This document shows positions 8,762 through 17,317 of a stretch of DNA of 31,435 nt, in pieces; position 1 is the first letter of the stretch; each line of letters opens with the position of its first letter. The notes below the pieces were generated by a model, which worked only from the letters and a program-made list of their open reading frames with translations, ran no database searches and was not told the DNA's origin. A program made the translations under genes and the position numbers. Origin of the DNA: Chloroflexota bacterium (GTDB taxonomy: Bacteria > Chloroflexota > Limnocylindria > Limnocylindrales > CSP1-4). The stretch spans positions 1 through 31,435 of the forward strand of contig JANOTJ010000277.1 in assembly GCA_031416295.1 (NCBI GenBank), given 5' to 3'.

Positions 8762-9564
8762 GTGTCCACGACCTCGACCCGCATGCCCCGCTCGACGAGC
8801 GCCGAGAGGATCGTGGCGTCGCCCGAGGGCCCGGTCATCAACAGATCGACGGCATCGACCGAGCACAGCCGGGCGAGTTCGACCTGCCCGATCTTCGAGC
8901 CGTCGGCGACCACGATGCGGCGCCGCGCCGCGCCCATCATCCGCCGCTTCATCTCGGCTTCGGGCAGGTTGATGTTGGTGATCCCCGCTACCGGATCGAC
9001 CCCGTTGCAGCCGATGAAGGCCATGTCCGCCCGGATGCGTTCCAGGACCCCGTCGCCCAACGGGTCGACGAGGGAGTGCTGGAGCGGACGCAAGGTGCCA
9101 CCGGTCAGGACCACGGTGAAGCGCGGGATGACCGGCTCCAGCTGCATCGCCGTCGTCAAGCTGTTGGTGAAAACCACGACGTCGCGGAGTTCGGCGCGAG
9201 CGGCCATCGCCCGAGCCACGGCCGCGGTCGTCGTCCCGACGTCCAGGATGACGGTGTCGCCGTCCCTGACGAGGTCGGCGGCGGCGCGCCCGATCGCGAT
9301 CTTCTCGACCGCGAACTCCGACTCCGACTCCTCGAAGGGGCGCTCCCGACGGGGTAGATTCGTGGCGATCGCGCCACCGCGGATTCGTCGCACATCGCCC
9401 CTCACCGCGAGTGACTCGAGGTCACTGCGCACCGTGACTTCCGAGATCGCGAACTGCTCGGCCAGTTCGGCGACGGTGGCGAAGTCCCGGACCCGCACGA
9501 CCGCGAGCATCCGGTCTCGTCGGACATCGGCGGGGATGGGACTTTCGGTTTCGATGGTAGTCAC
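8758..9564 (-). CDS. DeoR/GlpR-family transcriptional regulator (probable galactose-locus repressor)
   Basis: HTH RRDRML...VAELAEQFAISEVTVRSDL; sensor domain AADLVRDGDTVILDVGTTT, VVLTGG, ADGSKIG. Start GTG 9564, inside track ORF 8758..10068. Confidence 0.93.
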   Translation of the reverse strand: MTTIETESPIPADVRRDRMLAVVRVRDFATVAELAEQFAISEVTVRSDLESLAVRGDVRRIRGGAIATNLPRRERPFEESESEFAVEKIAIGRAAADLVRDGDTVILDVGTTTAAVARAMAARAELRDVVVFTNSLTTAMQLEPVIPRFTVVLTGGTLRPLQHSLVDPLGDGVLERIRADMAFIGCNGVDPVAGITNINLPEAEMKRRMMGAARRRIVVADGSKIGQVELARLCSVDAVDLLMTGPSGDATILSALVERGMRVEVVDT

Positions 9565-9698
9565 GCACTGGAGAGTGTCTGAAACCTTACGGAACTTGTC
9601 AATAGCGAAAGTGATACCTTCGATATGGCAACTAGCGAGGTGAACGTGACCGTGGACCAGGAAGTCGCTTCTGACCGATTCGAAACCGTCGCCGAAAT
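9541..9698. promoter_or_regulatory. Candidate DeoR operator half-sites (NTTTCR repeats)
   Basis: CTTTCG 9542-47 (+), GTTTCG 9548-53 (+), GTTTCA 9580-85 (-), CTTTCG 9606-11 (-), GTTTCG 9681-86 (-), ATTTCG 9693-98 (-). Confidence 0.5.
9574..9602 (-). promoter_or_regulatory. Sigma70-type promoter of the deoR-galT-ABC operon
   Basis: Perfect -35 TTGACA (9602-9597), 17-nt spacer, -10 GACACT (9579-9574), ending 9 nt before GTG 9564. The region is AT-rich (9571-9630 about 43% GC by hand count). Confidence 0.75.
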
Positions 9699-11064
9699 CC
9701 GCCTCGACGACCCGACTCGGGCGCGCGTCTACGAACACGGCTGGCAATCGTGGAGCCCTTCCGGCGCCTATCCCGCCGATCTGCCGGCCTCGCCACGACC
9801 GCGACGGGCCGTTTGGCAGACGATGGCCTTTCGACCCGAGCGCTCCGCGCCGAGCATCGGGTTCGCGAGCGAAGGGCTCCTGGCCGTCGCCGAGGCCGGC
9901 GTGGACGGCCCGACCCGCCTGTGGCTCGCCGTGGATCCATCTCGTGCGGTCGCGACCATCCGGGTCCGCCTGGTCGAGGACCGTCTCGTGGTCTCGTCGG
10001 ACGGTCCGGTCACGGAACAGCCCGTCGCCACATCCCTCGATGCCGCCCTGGCTGGTGCCGGCGATCACCTCGCCGCGACGATGTCGCCGCGTCCGATCCG
10101 GGCCCTTGGTCCGGGCTGGTGCTCATGGTACGGCTACTGGCACGATGTGACCGACGCGGCCGTCGCCGAGAACCTGGTCATCATCGAGCGCGAGCGCCTC
10201 GACGTGCGACTCGTCCAGATCGACGATGGCTACCAGGCGACCATCGGGGACTGGCTGGAGCCCTCGGGCCGGATCACGTCCATGGCCGACCTTGCCGGGC
10301 GGATCCGCGCGGGGGGTCGCGAGGCGGGCGTCTGGACGGCTCCGTTCCTGGTCGGCGAGTCGAGTCGTGTTGCTCGAGAACATCCGGACTGGCTGGTCCG
10401 GGAGACGCTCGCTGCGGAGCATCACTGGGGCCAGCGCATCCGGGTCCTGGACGTGACCCACCCCGATGCCGCCGAGCACCTCACGCACGTCTACCGCACC
10501 CTGGGCCAATGGGGCTTCGCGTTCCACAAGCTCGATTTCCTGTACGCCGGCGCGATGGTCGGCGGGCGTCACGGCGACGCCGACCCGATCGCCGCGTACC
10601 GCGAGGGGCTGCGCATCATCCGCGCTGCCGTCGGCGACAACGCCACGATCCTCGGCTGCGGCGCCCCGCTGCTGTCCTCGATCGGCCTTGTCGACGCGAT
10701 GCGCGTGAGTCCCGACACGGATCACAAGGTGGAGCCGCCCGACGGCGACATCAGCCAGCCGTCGCTGCGCGGCGCCCTGGCCGCCGGACGGGCGCGCGCG
10801 TGGATGCATGGACGGCTATGGGTCAACGATCCGGACTGCCTGATCGCGACCCCGCGCTCCGAGGACCGCGAGACGTGGGCGGCCCATCTGGCAGCGTACG
10901 GCGGCCTCGCGCTCTCGGGCGATCGCCTCGGCCAACTCGACGCACGCGGGCTCGCCTTGACGCGTACGCTCCTCCGACCGGCAAGCGGCAGCCTGCTTCG
11001 CTGGGAACCCGAGTCTGGGCCGGACGGTGGTCAGATCTGGAAGGCAGATGAGGTGCGCGGATGA
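9625..11064 (+). CDS. Alpha-galactosidase, GH36 (Thermotoga GalA-like type)
   Basis: GWCSWY, QIDDGYQ, GVWTAPF, nucleophile KLDFLY, ILGCGAPL, acid/base MRVSPD, LWVNDPDCL. Start may instead be GTG 9646 or 9652 (GAGGT upstream). Confidence 0.88.
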   Translation: MATSEVNVTVDQEVASDRFETVAEIRLDDPTRARVYEHGWQSWSPSGAYPADLPASPRPRRAVWQTMAFRPERSAPSIGFASEGLLAVAEAGVDGPTRLWLAVDPSRAVATIRVRLVEDRLVVSSDGPVTEQPVATSLDAALAGAGDHLAATMSPRPIRALGPGWCSWYGYWHDVTDAAVAENLVIIERERLDVRLVQIDDGYQATIGDWLEPSGRITSMADLAGRIRAGGREAGVWTAPFLVGESSRVAREHPDWLVRETLAAEHHWGQRIRVLDVTHPDAAEHLTHVYRTLGQWGFAFHKLDFLYAGAMVGGRHGDADPIAAYREGLRIIRAAVGDNATILGCGAPLLSSIGLVDAMRVSPDTDHKVEPPDGDISQPSLRGALAAGRARAWMHGRLWVNDPDCLIATPRSEDRETWAAHLAAYGGLALSGDRLGQLDARGLALTRTLLRPASGSLLRWEPESGPDGGQIWKADEVRG

Positions 11065-12935
11065 AGCTGGGCGTGTGCTGGTATCCCGAACAGCACCCGG
11101 AGGCCAGCTGGGCCGACGACACGAGACGGATGGCCGATACGGGTCTCGAGCTCGTCCGACTCGGCGAGTTCGCCTGGGGCGCCCTCGAGCGGACACCCGG
11201 CGTCATCGACCTGGGCTGGCTGGCGCGGGCCGTCGACACCGCGGCGGCCGCGGATATCCGGGTCGTCCTCGGCACGCCGACCGCCGTCCCGCCTCGCTGG
11301 CTGGTGCGCGCCCAGCCGGAGATCCGCCTCATGAACATCGACGGATCAACGCGCGCAGCGGGAAGTCGCCGGGCCACGTGCCCTACGGCGCCGACCTACC
11401 GGGCCGCGGCGCAGCGGATCGTCAGCGCGCTCGTGGAGCGCTTCGGGGACCACCAGGCGGTCGTCGCCTGGCAGCTCGACAATGAGCCCGGCAATCACGA
11501 TTCGGCACGCTGCTGGTGCCCCGCCTGCGAGTCGGCCTTTCGATCCTGGATCGCCGGCCGCTACGGCACGCCTGAGCACCTGAACGACGCCTGGGGTACG
11601 ACCTTCTGGTCGGGCCAGTACGGCTCGTGGGACGAAGTGGAGCTTCCGCGTCGATCCTCCACCGTCCAGTCGCCGAGCCTGCTCCTCGCCCACCGCCGCT
11701 TCGCCAGCCACCAGGTCGTGGCCGGTCTCCAGGAGCAGCGGGCCGTGGTGGCCGCGGGATCACCGGGCCGGGATATTCTCGTCAACCTGTACTGGGATGA
11801 CACGTTCGTGGACGCCCGCGACGTCCACGAGGCGGGTGGCATCGCGGCCATCGATGCGTATCCAGACGGCGTGGATGGGCCGGAGGCCTACGCCTATCTG
11901 CTGGACCTCGCTCGCGGCTCGGCGGGTCCGTCCGGGCGGGCCTGGGTGATGGAGCAGCAGCCGGGCCCGATCAACTGGACGGCGCTCAATCCCCCGGTCC
12001 CCCCAGGCCAGGTTCGCCTGTGGGGCTGGCAGGCGGCGCTCCACGGCATGGAAGCGTCGCTGTTCTTCTCGTGGCGGCCCACCCGCTCCGGACAGGAGCA
12101 ATACCACACTGGATTGCTGCGCCATGACGGGTCCGCAGATCGAGGCCTGGACGAGGCCGTCCGCCTCGCCCTGGAGCTACGCGCGGTGCGCGAAGCGACC
12201 CCCGAGGTGCTGAAGCGTCCGCGCGCCCGCGTCGCAGTCGTACACTCCTACGAGGACGCATGGGCGATCGAGATCGACCCACATCAGGCGGGCCTGACCC
12301 ATCGAGCGCTCGTCCAGCCGGTGCATGCTGCCATCCATCGACTGGGCTTGGACGCGGACATCCTGGGTCCGCGGGACGACCTCACGGGCTACGACACGAT
12401 CGTCGCCCCAGCCCTGCACCTGATGTCGCCGGCGCGCATCGCACGCCTCCGCGAGGCCATGACGGACGGCGCACTGGTCATCCTCGGGCCTCGGTCCCTG
12501 GTCAAGGATCTCGATGACTGCTGGCTGGAGGAGCCGCTCCCGGGCGGGCTTGCAGCAAGCCTCGGGGCGCGCGTCGTGGAAAGCCTGAGCCAGACCCTGG
12601 CGGTCACCGTGGAACCCGGCGGAGCGCCCGCAGGCCCGTGGACGGACGTCCTTGCCCTCGATGACGAAGCCGACCGCTCCGTGGAGGTCCTGGCGAGGTA
12701 CGGCGGCTCTACATACCTCGCGGGGATGCCGGCGGTCGTCCGGCGCGCTGGACTCGCCTACGTCGGGTGCAGCTCGGTGGAAGCCTGGACGGACATCCTC
12801 GCTCGGATCCTGGTCGAACGTGGCCTGGCCGTGATGCCCGCTCGCGCGGGCGTCGAGCGATTCGCGCGCGGCGACCGGGTCGTCACCCTGGATCACGCGT
12901 CGCTGGCGATTTCGGGACTCAACCTGCCGGCCTGA
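11061..12935 (+). CDS. Beta-galactosidase, GH42
   Basis: LGVCWYPEQ, RLGEFAWGALE, acid/base WQLDNEPG, Zn cysteines (TCP, CWCPAC), nucleophile WVMEQQPGPINW, GQEQYHTGLL. ATGA overlap with the GH36 gene. Confidence 0.95.
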   Translation: MKLGVCWYPEQHPEASWADDTRRMADTGLELVRLGEFAWGALERTPGVIDLGWLARAVDTAAAADIRVVLGTPTAVPPRWLVRAQPEIRLMNIDGSTRAAGSRRATCPTAPTYRAAAQRIVSALVERFGDHQAVVAWQLDNEPGNHDSARCWCPACESAFRSWIAGRYGTPEHLNDAWGTTFWSGQYGSWDEVELPRRSSTVQSPSLLLAHRRFASHQVVAGLQEQRAVVAAGSPGRDILVNLYWDDTFVDARDVHEAGGIAAIDAYPDGVDGPEAYAYLLDLARGSAGPSGRAWVMEQQPGPINWTALNPPVPPGQVRLWGWQAALHGMEASLFFSWRPTRSGQEQYHTGLLRHDGSADRGLDEAVRLALELRAVREATPEVLKRPRARVAVVHSYEDAWAIEIDPHQAGLTHRALVQPVHAAIHRLGLDADILGPRDDLTGYDTIVAPALHLMSPARIARLREAMTDGALVILGPRSLVKDLDDCWLEEPLPGGLAASLGARVVESLSQTLAVTVEPGGAPAGPWTDVLALDDEADRSVEVLARYGGSTYLAGMPAVVRRAGLAYVGCSSVEAWTDILARILVERGLAVMPARAGVERFARGDRVVTLDHASLAISGLNLPA

Positions 12936-14110
12936 CCGGCGACACGTGGGCCCGACGCCCGCGGGAAGCTGATCCAGCCGACCAGCGCGGCCAGCACTGC
13001 CAGGACGGAGCCGAGGCCGAACAGGGCGACGTGCCCGCCGCCCTCGTACAGCAGCCCACCGACGACATTCGCGATGACCGCGGCGATGCCGAAGGCCGTC
13101 GTCTGGAAGAGCGCCTGGCCCGTCGCCTGGAGCTCGGCCGGCAGGAGGACCGCGATCGTGAGCACCACCGCGACGACGATGCCCGAGAAGGCCACCCCGG
13201 TCACGACCCGCGTGGCCACGATCGCCAGTGGCACGTCGAGCACGGTCCACGACGCAAGGCACACGGCGTACAGCAGGGCGCTCACCGAGAAGATGGCCCG
13301 CAACCCGACACGGGATACCAGCGCGCCCATCACCAGGATCGCCGGGACCTCGGTGCCCGCCGACACGCCCGAGGCCAGGGCGATGTCACCCGGCGAGCCG
13401 CCCAGCGACTCGATCCGCAGGGACAGGAAGGTGAAGCCACTGATGATCCCGATGTGCAGCAGTCCGCTGGCCAGGAGGACCAGGCCGAGCCGCGGCGCGA
13501 CCCGCAGCGCGACCCCGCTCGAGCCGAAGCTGAACGTTCGTCGGCCGCTCACGGCCGTGGTCCGTCGGTGCGCGTCGAGGTCCGCCCGGGCCGCATCCGG
13601 GATGGCCGATGCGGCCACGACCATGACCAGGGCAGCGGCCGCGAAGAGCACGAAGGCCCAGGCGTACCCCGTCCGGTCGTAGAGCTGCCCCGCGAGAACG
13701 GCCGCGACAGCGAAGCCGAGGCTGGTGAACAGTCTGACCTTCGCGTAGTCGCGACCGCGGAGCGCGTTCACCGTGATCGCGTCGGTCAGCGGCTGCCACG
13801 ACGACTCGAAGACCCAGAACAGCACGAACAGCGCGACGATGAGCAACGGCGTTGCGGGCAGGAGCAGGGCCGCGACCGCGGCGCCACCGCCCAGCGCGCA
13901 CAGCTGCAGGGTCCGCGGCCGTCCGAGGCGCACGTCCGCCAGGTGGCCCCAGGCGGGCACGGCGATGGTGAACCCGACCGCCCCGACCGACGAGATGAGG
14001 CCGATCTCGCCGGGCGTGAACCCGAAACCGGCGAGAATCACGGAGATGAACGGGTACAGGACCCCCAGCGCGACCCCGAGCGCCGTGACCAGGATATGCA
14101 GGGCGATCAC
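12893..14110 (-). CDS. MFS transporter (LacY / nucleoside:H+ symporter-like)
   Basis: About 12 hydrophobic segments, WGHLADVRLGR loop motif, DYAKVRLFTSLGFA. GTGA overlap with the galK stop. Confidence 0.85.
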   Translation of the reverse strand: MIALHILVTALGVALGVLYPFISVILAGFGFTPGEIGLISSVGAVGFTIAVPAWGHLADVRLGRPRTLQLCALGGGAAVAALLLPATPLLIVALFVLFWVFESSWQPLTDAITVNALRGRDYAKVRLFTSLGFAVAAVLAGQLYDRTGYAWAFVLFAAAALVMVVAASAIPDAARADLDAHRRTTAVSGRRTFSFGSSGVALRVAPRLGLVLLASGLLHIGIISGFTFLSLRIESLGGSPGDIALASGVSAGTEVPAILVMGALVSRVGLRAIFSVSALLYAVCLASWTVLDVPLAIVATRVVTGVAFSGIVVAVVLTIAVLLPAELQATGQALFQTTAFGIAAVIANVVGGLLYEGGGHVALFGLGSVLAVLAALVGWISFPRASGPRVAGQAGRLSPEIASDA

Positions 14111-15282
14111 GCGACGCGGCGAGCCCCGTCAGCAGCGCGGACCGGGATGACCTTCGGCACCAGGCCGGTCCGTGCGGAGTACGTCGCGAAGACCGCCTCG
14201 CGCAGGGCATCGACGGCCTCGTCGTGCACGAGGTTGACCGTGCAGCCGCCGAAACCGGCGCCCGTGAGCCGCGCGCCGATGACGCCCGGGACCACCGAGG
14301 CGATCTCGACCAGCGCATCGAGCGCCGGCGAGCTGACCTCGAAGCGATCGCGCAGCGAGGCATGGCTGGCGGCGAATGCCCGTCCGACGGCGTCGAGGTC
14401 CCCGGCGTGGAGCGCTTCGATGGTGGCCAGCACTCGCTCGTTCTCGTGGACGATGTGGTCGGCGCGCTTGTAGGCCTGGGCATCCAGGCGATCGGCACCG
14501 GCCGCAAGCAGCGCCTCGGTCACGTCACGCAGGGCGCGGATGCTCGGGTCCAGCGCGCGCAGGCCCGTCACCGCCCGTTCGCACTCGGCGCGACGAGTGT
14601 TGTACTCGGACGCCGCGAGCTTGCGCGGCGAGCCCGAGTGACAGATCACGAGGCTCGTCCCGGCCGGCAGCGGCACCGCCCGATGCTCCAGGCTCCGGCA
14701 GTCCAGCAGCAGCGCGTGGTCCGCGACGCCGAAGGCCACCGCGAACTGGTCCATCAGCCCGGAGTTGACGCCGACGTAGGCGTTCTCGGCGCGCTGCGCG
14801 GTCTGGGCCAGGCGCATCGTATCGATCGCCGGCCGCTCGCCGCCGGACAGGGCCCATGCCGACGCCATCTCGATCGCGGCCGACGACGACAGGCCCGCGC
14901 CGGACGGCAGGTCGGAGTTCAGCAGGCCCCGGAACCCACGCGTCGCGAGGCCGGCCTCAGCGAGCGCCCAGGCCGTGCCCGCCGCGTAGTCGATCCAGCG
15001 TCCGCGGCGCTCGCCCGTGGCGTCGAGATCGAAGCCGTCGCGCTCGCCGGTATCGCGCAAGGTCAGCTCCACGCGCCGGTCGTTACTCGGGATGAGCGCG
15101 ATGCTGATGCCCAGGTCGATGGCGGCAGGGAGGACGAAGCCCTCGTTGTAGTCGGTGTGCTCGCCGATCAGGTTGACCCGGCCGGGGGCGTGGACGACGC
15201 GTATGGCCGACGGGTTTGCCGCGGCCAGCGGCTCGAGATCGACGAGTCGCGCGGCGAGGTTTGCGGGCAGCGCTGGGTCCAT
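14107..15282 (-). CDS. galK: Galactokinase
   Basis: [28 protein letters not shown] motif [36 protein letters not shown]. Start ATG 15282, inside track ORF 14107..16401. Confidence 0.97.
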   Translation of the reverse strand: MDPALPANLAARLVDLEPLAAANPSAIRVVHAPGRVNLIGEHTDYNEGFVLPAAIDLGISIALIPSNDRRVELTLRDTGERDGFDLDATGERRGRWIDYAAGTAWALAEAGLATRGFRGLLNSDLPSGAGLSSSAAIEMASAWALSGGERPAIDTMRLAQTAQRAENAYVGVNSGLMDQFAVAFGVADHALLLDCRSLEHRAVPLPAGTSLVICHSGSPRKLAASEYNTRRAECERAVTGLRALDPSIRALRDVTEALLAAGADRLDAQAYKRADHIVHENERVLATIEALHAGDLDAVGRAFAASHASLRDRFEVSSPALDALVEIASVVPGVIGARLTGAGFGGCTVNLVHDEAVDALREAVFATYSARTGLVPKVIPVRAADGARRVA

Positions 15283-15291
15283 GCACTCGCA

Positions 15292-15297
15292 AGCGTA
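15292..15297 (-). promoter_or_regulatory. Candidate -10 hexamer (TACGCT) for galK-MFS
   Basis: 9 nt upstream of ATG 15282, no Shine-Dalgarno. Confidence 0.4.
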
Positions 15298-15360
15298 GCC
15301 GGGCGTGGCGGTGCATACCGGCTGCGCGCACGCGCAGGTTCGATTCGCGGCAGACTTCCG

Positions 15361-16377
15361 ATGCCGATGACCGATCCCACCCTCGCCCTGCGCGCCACTG
15401 GCCTCGGTCGGCGCTTCGGCGACCGCTGGGCCGTCCGGGACGTGTCCCTCGACGTGCATCGGGGCGAGGTCCTCGGGCTGCTCGGGCCCAATGGCGCGGG
15501 CAAGACGACGACGGTCCGGATGCTCACGGCGCTCATCGAGCCGACCGAAGGCACGGCCACGGTGGATGGTCTTGACGTGGTCAGCGAGGCGGACGAGGTG
15601 CGCGCACGGGTCGGCGTCCTGACCGAGACGCCGGGGCTCTACGACAAGCTGTCGGCCCGGGCGAACCTGGACTTCTTCGGGCGGCTGTACGGCCTCGAGG
15701 CGGCGGACCGCGCCGAGCGCATCGAGCGCTACCTGCGCCTCTTCGCGCTGTGGGACCGGCGCGACGATAGCGCCGGCACGTTCAGCAAGGGCATGAAGCA
15801 GAAACTGGCCATCGCCCGGGCGCTGCTCCACGACCCGGCGGTGGTGTTCCTCGACGAGCCGACGGCGGCCCTCGATCCGGAGGCCGCGTTCGTGGTCCGC
15901 GAGGCGATCGAGGAGCTGCGCCGGGCCGGTCGCACGATCGTGCTCGCGACCCACAACCTCGACGAGGCGGACCGGCTGTGCGACCGGATCGCGTTCGTTC
16001 GCGGCGGCCTGCTGCGGGTCGATTCGCCGGCGCACCTGCGGGGCAGCCACGGGGAGCGCCGGTTGACCGTGCGCCTCGGTTCCGGCATCGCCGGCGTGGC
16101 CGACGTGGCCGGCGTGGCTGCGTCCCTGGAACCGCCCATCGACCCGGCCATCTCGGCCGCCGTCGGCGCCGTGGCCGGGGTCACCTCGACCCAACTGGTC
16201 GATGGTCTCCTGCACGTCGTCGCGTCCGATCCGGCGGCCGTGGCGCCATCGGTCGTGCGCGCGCTCGTTGGCGTTGGCGCGGACGTGATCGAGGTGCGCG
16301 TCGAGCGGCTGTCCCTGGAGGCCATCTACTTCGAGATCATGGGCGTCCGGCCGGGCGCCGAGGGGGAGGCCGCCTGA
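15361..16377 (+). CDS. ABC-2-type exporter ATP-binding protein
   Basis: Walker [10 protein letters not shown], signature [15 protein letters not shown], Walker B FLDEPT, H-loop ATHNLDEA. Start ATG 15361 or 15367. Confidence 0.93.
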   Translation: MPMTDPTLALRATGLGRRFGDRWAVRDVSLDVHRGEVLGLLGPNGAGKTTTVRMLTALIEPTEGTATVDGLDVVSEADEVRARVGVLTETPGLYDKLSARANLDFFGRLYGLEAADRAERIERYLRLFALWDRRDDSAGTFSKGMKQKLAIARALLHDPAVVFLDEPTAALDPEAAFVVREAIEELRRAGRTIVLATHNLDEADRLCDRIAFVRGGLLRVDSPAHLRGSHGERRLTVRLGSGIAGVADVAGVAASLEPPIDPAISAAVGAVAGVTSTQLVDGLLHVVASDPAAVAPSVVRALVGVGADVIEVRVERLSLEAIYFEIMGVRPGAEGEAA

Positions 16378-17165
16378 TGCGCCCCTCGATCCTGTGGACA
16401 CTGCTGCGCCGCGAGTGGATGGAGATGGTCCGCAATCGCCTGCTGGTCTCCACGATCCTCGTCCCGCCGCTGATCCTGACCGTGGCGCCGATCCTGCTCG
16501 CGGCCGCGGTCGGCGAACGGGCGTTGCCGGCGCAGCTCGCTGAGCAGGTGCTGTTGCAGCGGCCGGACTGGGCCGGCTTCTCGCAAGGCGAATTGGCCGG
16601 CGCCTTCGCGGTCCAGCAGTTCCTCGTGTTCTTCCTGCTCATGCCTGCCTACATCCCGCTGTCCATCGCCACGTTCAGCATCATCGGCGAGAAACAGGCG
16701 CGCTCCCTGGAGCCAGTCCTCGCGGCGCCGATCCGGACCGTGGAGCTGCTCGCGGGCAAGTCCATCGCGGCCCTGGTGCCTGGCGTCCTGGCGGGGCTCG
16801 TCACGTACATCGTGTTCGTGGCGCTCGCGTCGGTCGTCTACGGGCCGAACCTGTTCGGGGTCGTCACGGACCCGTCATGGCTGGCCGGTGTGTTCCTGCT
16901 CGGGCCGGCGGTCGGGCTCCTCTCGGTCGTCGCCGGGGTCATCGTCAGCGCCCGGGTCAACGATCCTCGCGTCGCCCAGCAGATCGGCGGAGTGATCATC
17001 GTGCCCATCGTGGGCGTAGTCCTGGTCCAGGCCACAGGGACCGTGCTGGTCGGTGCCGTCGGGTACGTCGTGCTGGCCTCGATCATCCTGGCCGTGGCGT
17101 TGGTCGGCCTGCGGATCGGCGTGAAGCTGTTCGATCGAGAGGCGATCCTGACCCGCTGGCGGTAG
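16377..17165 (+). CDS. ABC-2-type exporter permease
   Basis: LLRREW N-terminus, IIGEKQARSLEPVLAAPI, LAGKSIAA, about 6 TM segments. TGATG overlap with the ATPase gene. Confidence 0.9.
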   Translation: MRPSILWTLLRREWMEMVRNRLLVSTILVPPLILTVAPILLAAAVGERALPAQLAEQVLLQRPDWAGFSQGELAGAFAVQQFLVFFLLMPAYIPLSIATFSIIGEKQARSLEPVLAAPIRTVELLAGKSIAALVPGVLAGLVTYIVFVALASVVYGPNLFGVVTDPSWLAGVFLLGPAVGLLSVVAGVIVSARVNDPRVAQQIGGVIIVPIVGVVLVQATGTVLVGAVGYVVLASIILAVALVGLRIGVKLFDREAILTRWR

Positions 17166-17277
17166 GGCGGAGTGGTCGTGAACCACGCTGGCGCCGCACG
17201 CTGCAACGGACCACGCGACCACCGGGTTCTCCTGCATGTGATGACCGATCGCAACCGTATCCGCCCAGGCCGTTCAT

Positions 17278-17311
17278 TGGCCTATCGGGCTAGGCCATCC
17301 CTCGGTACACT
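17278..17311 (+). promoter_or_regulatory. Palindrome TGGCCTA-N6-TAGGCCA plus -10 TACACT upstream of EamA
   Basis: Perfect 7-bp inverted repeat at 17278-17297. TACACT at 17306-17311 lies 6 nt before ATG 17318. Confidence 0.55.
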
Positions 17312-17317
17312 GCGCCG

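Noticed and set aside
16084-16119. 9-bp imperfect repeats ([12 protein letters not shown]) in the ABC ATPase
   Set aside because: Low-complexity linker expansion with no evident function.
15361-16377. ATPase subunit of the sugar ABC importer
   Set aside because: It has an exporter-type signature (FSKGMKQ), lacks MalK-like features, and is coupled to its own ABC-2 permease. CUT1 importers commonly share an MsiK/MsmX-type ATPase encoded elsewhere, so its absence from the locus is unremarkable.
14107-16401. Apparent 764-aa galK and 717-aa ABC ATPase overlapping each other head to head
   Set aside because: The N-terminal extensions are antisense read-through of the neighbouring gene. True starts are 15282 (galK) and 15361/15367 (ATPase), leaving an ordinary divergent gap. 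The same applies to the DeoR (10068), galT (8866), PfkB (26860) and peptidase (25760) extensions.
17166-17277. Riboswitch or sRNA in the lower-GC gap after the ABC permease
   Set aside because: Only a weak GTGGTCG/CGACCAC pairing, with no aptamer consensus I can recognise. An Rfam/Infernal scan would be needed to exclude it.
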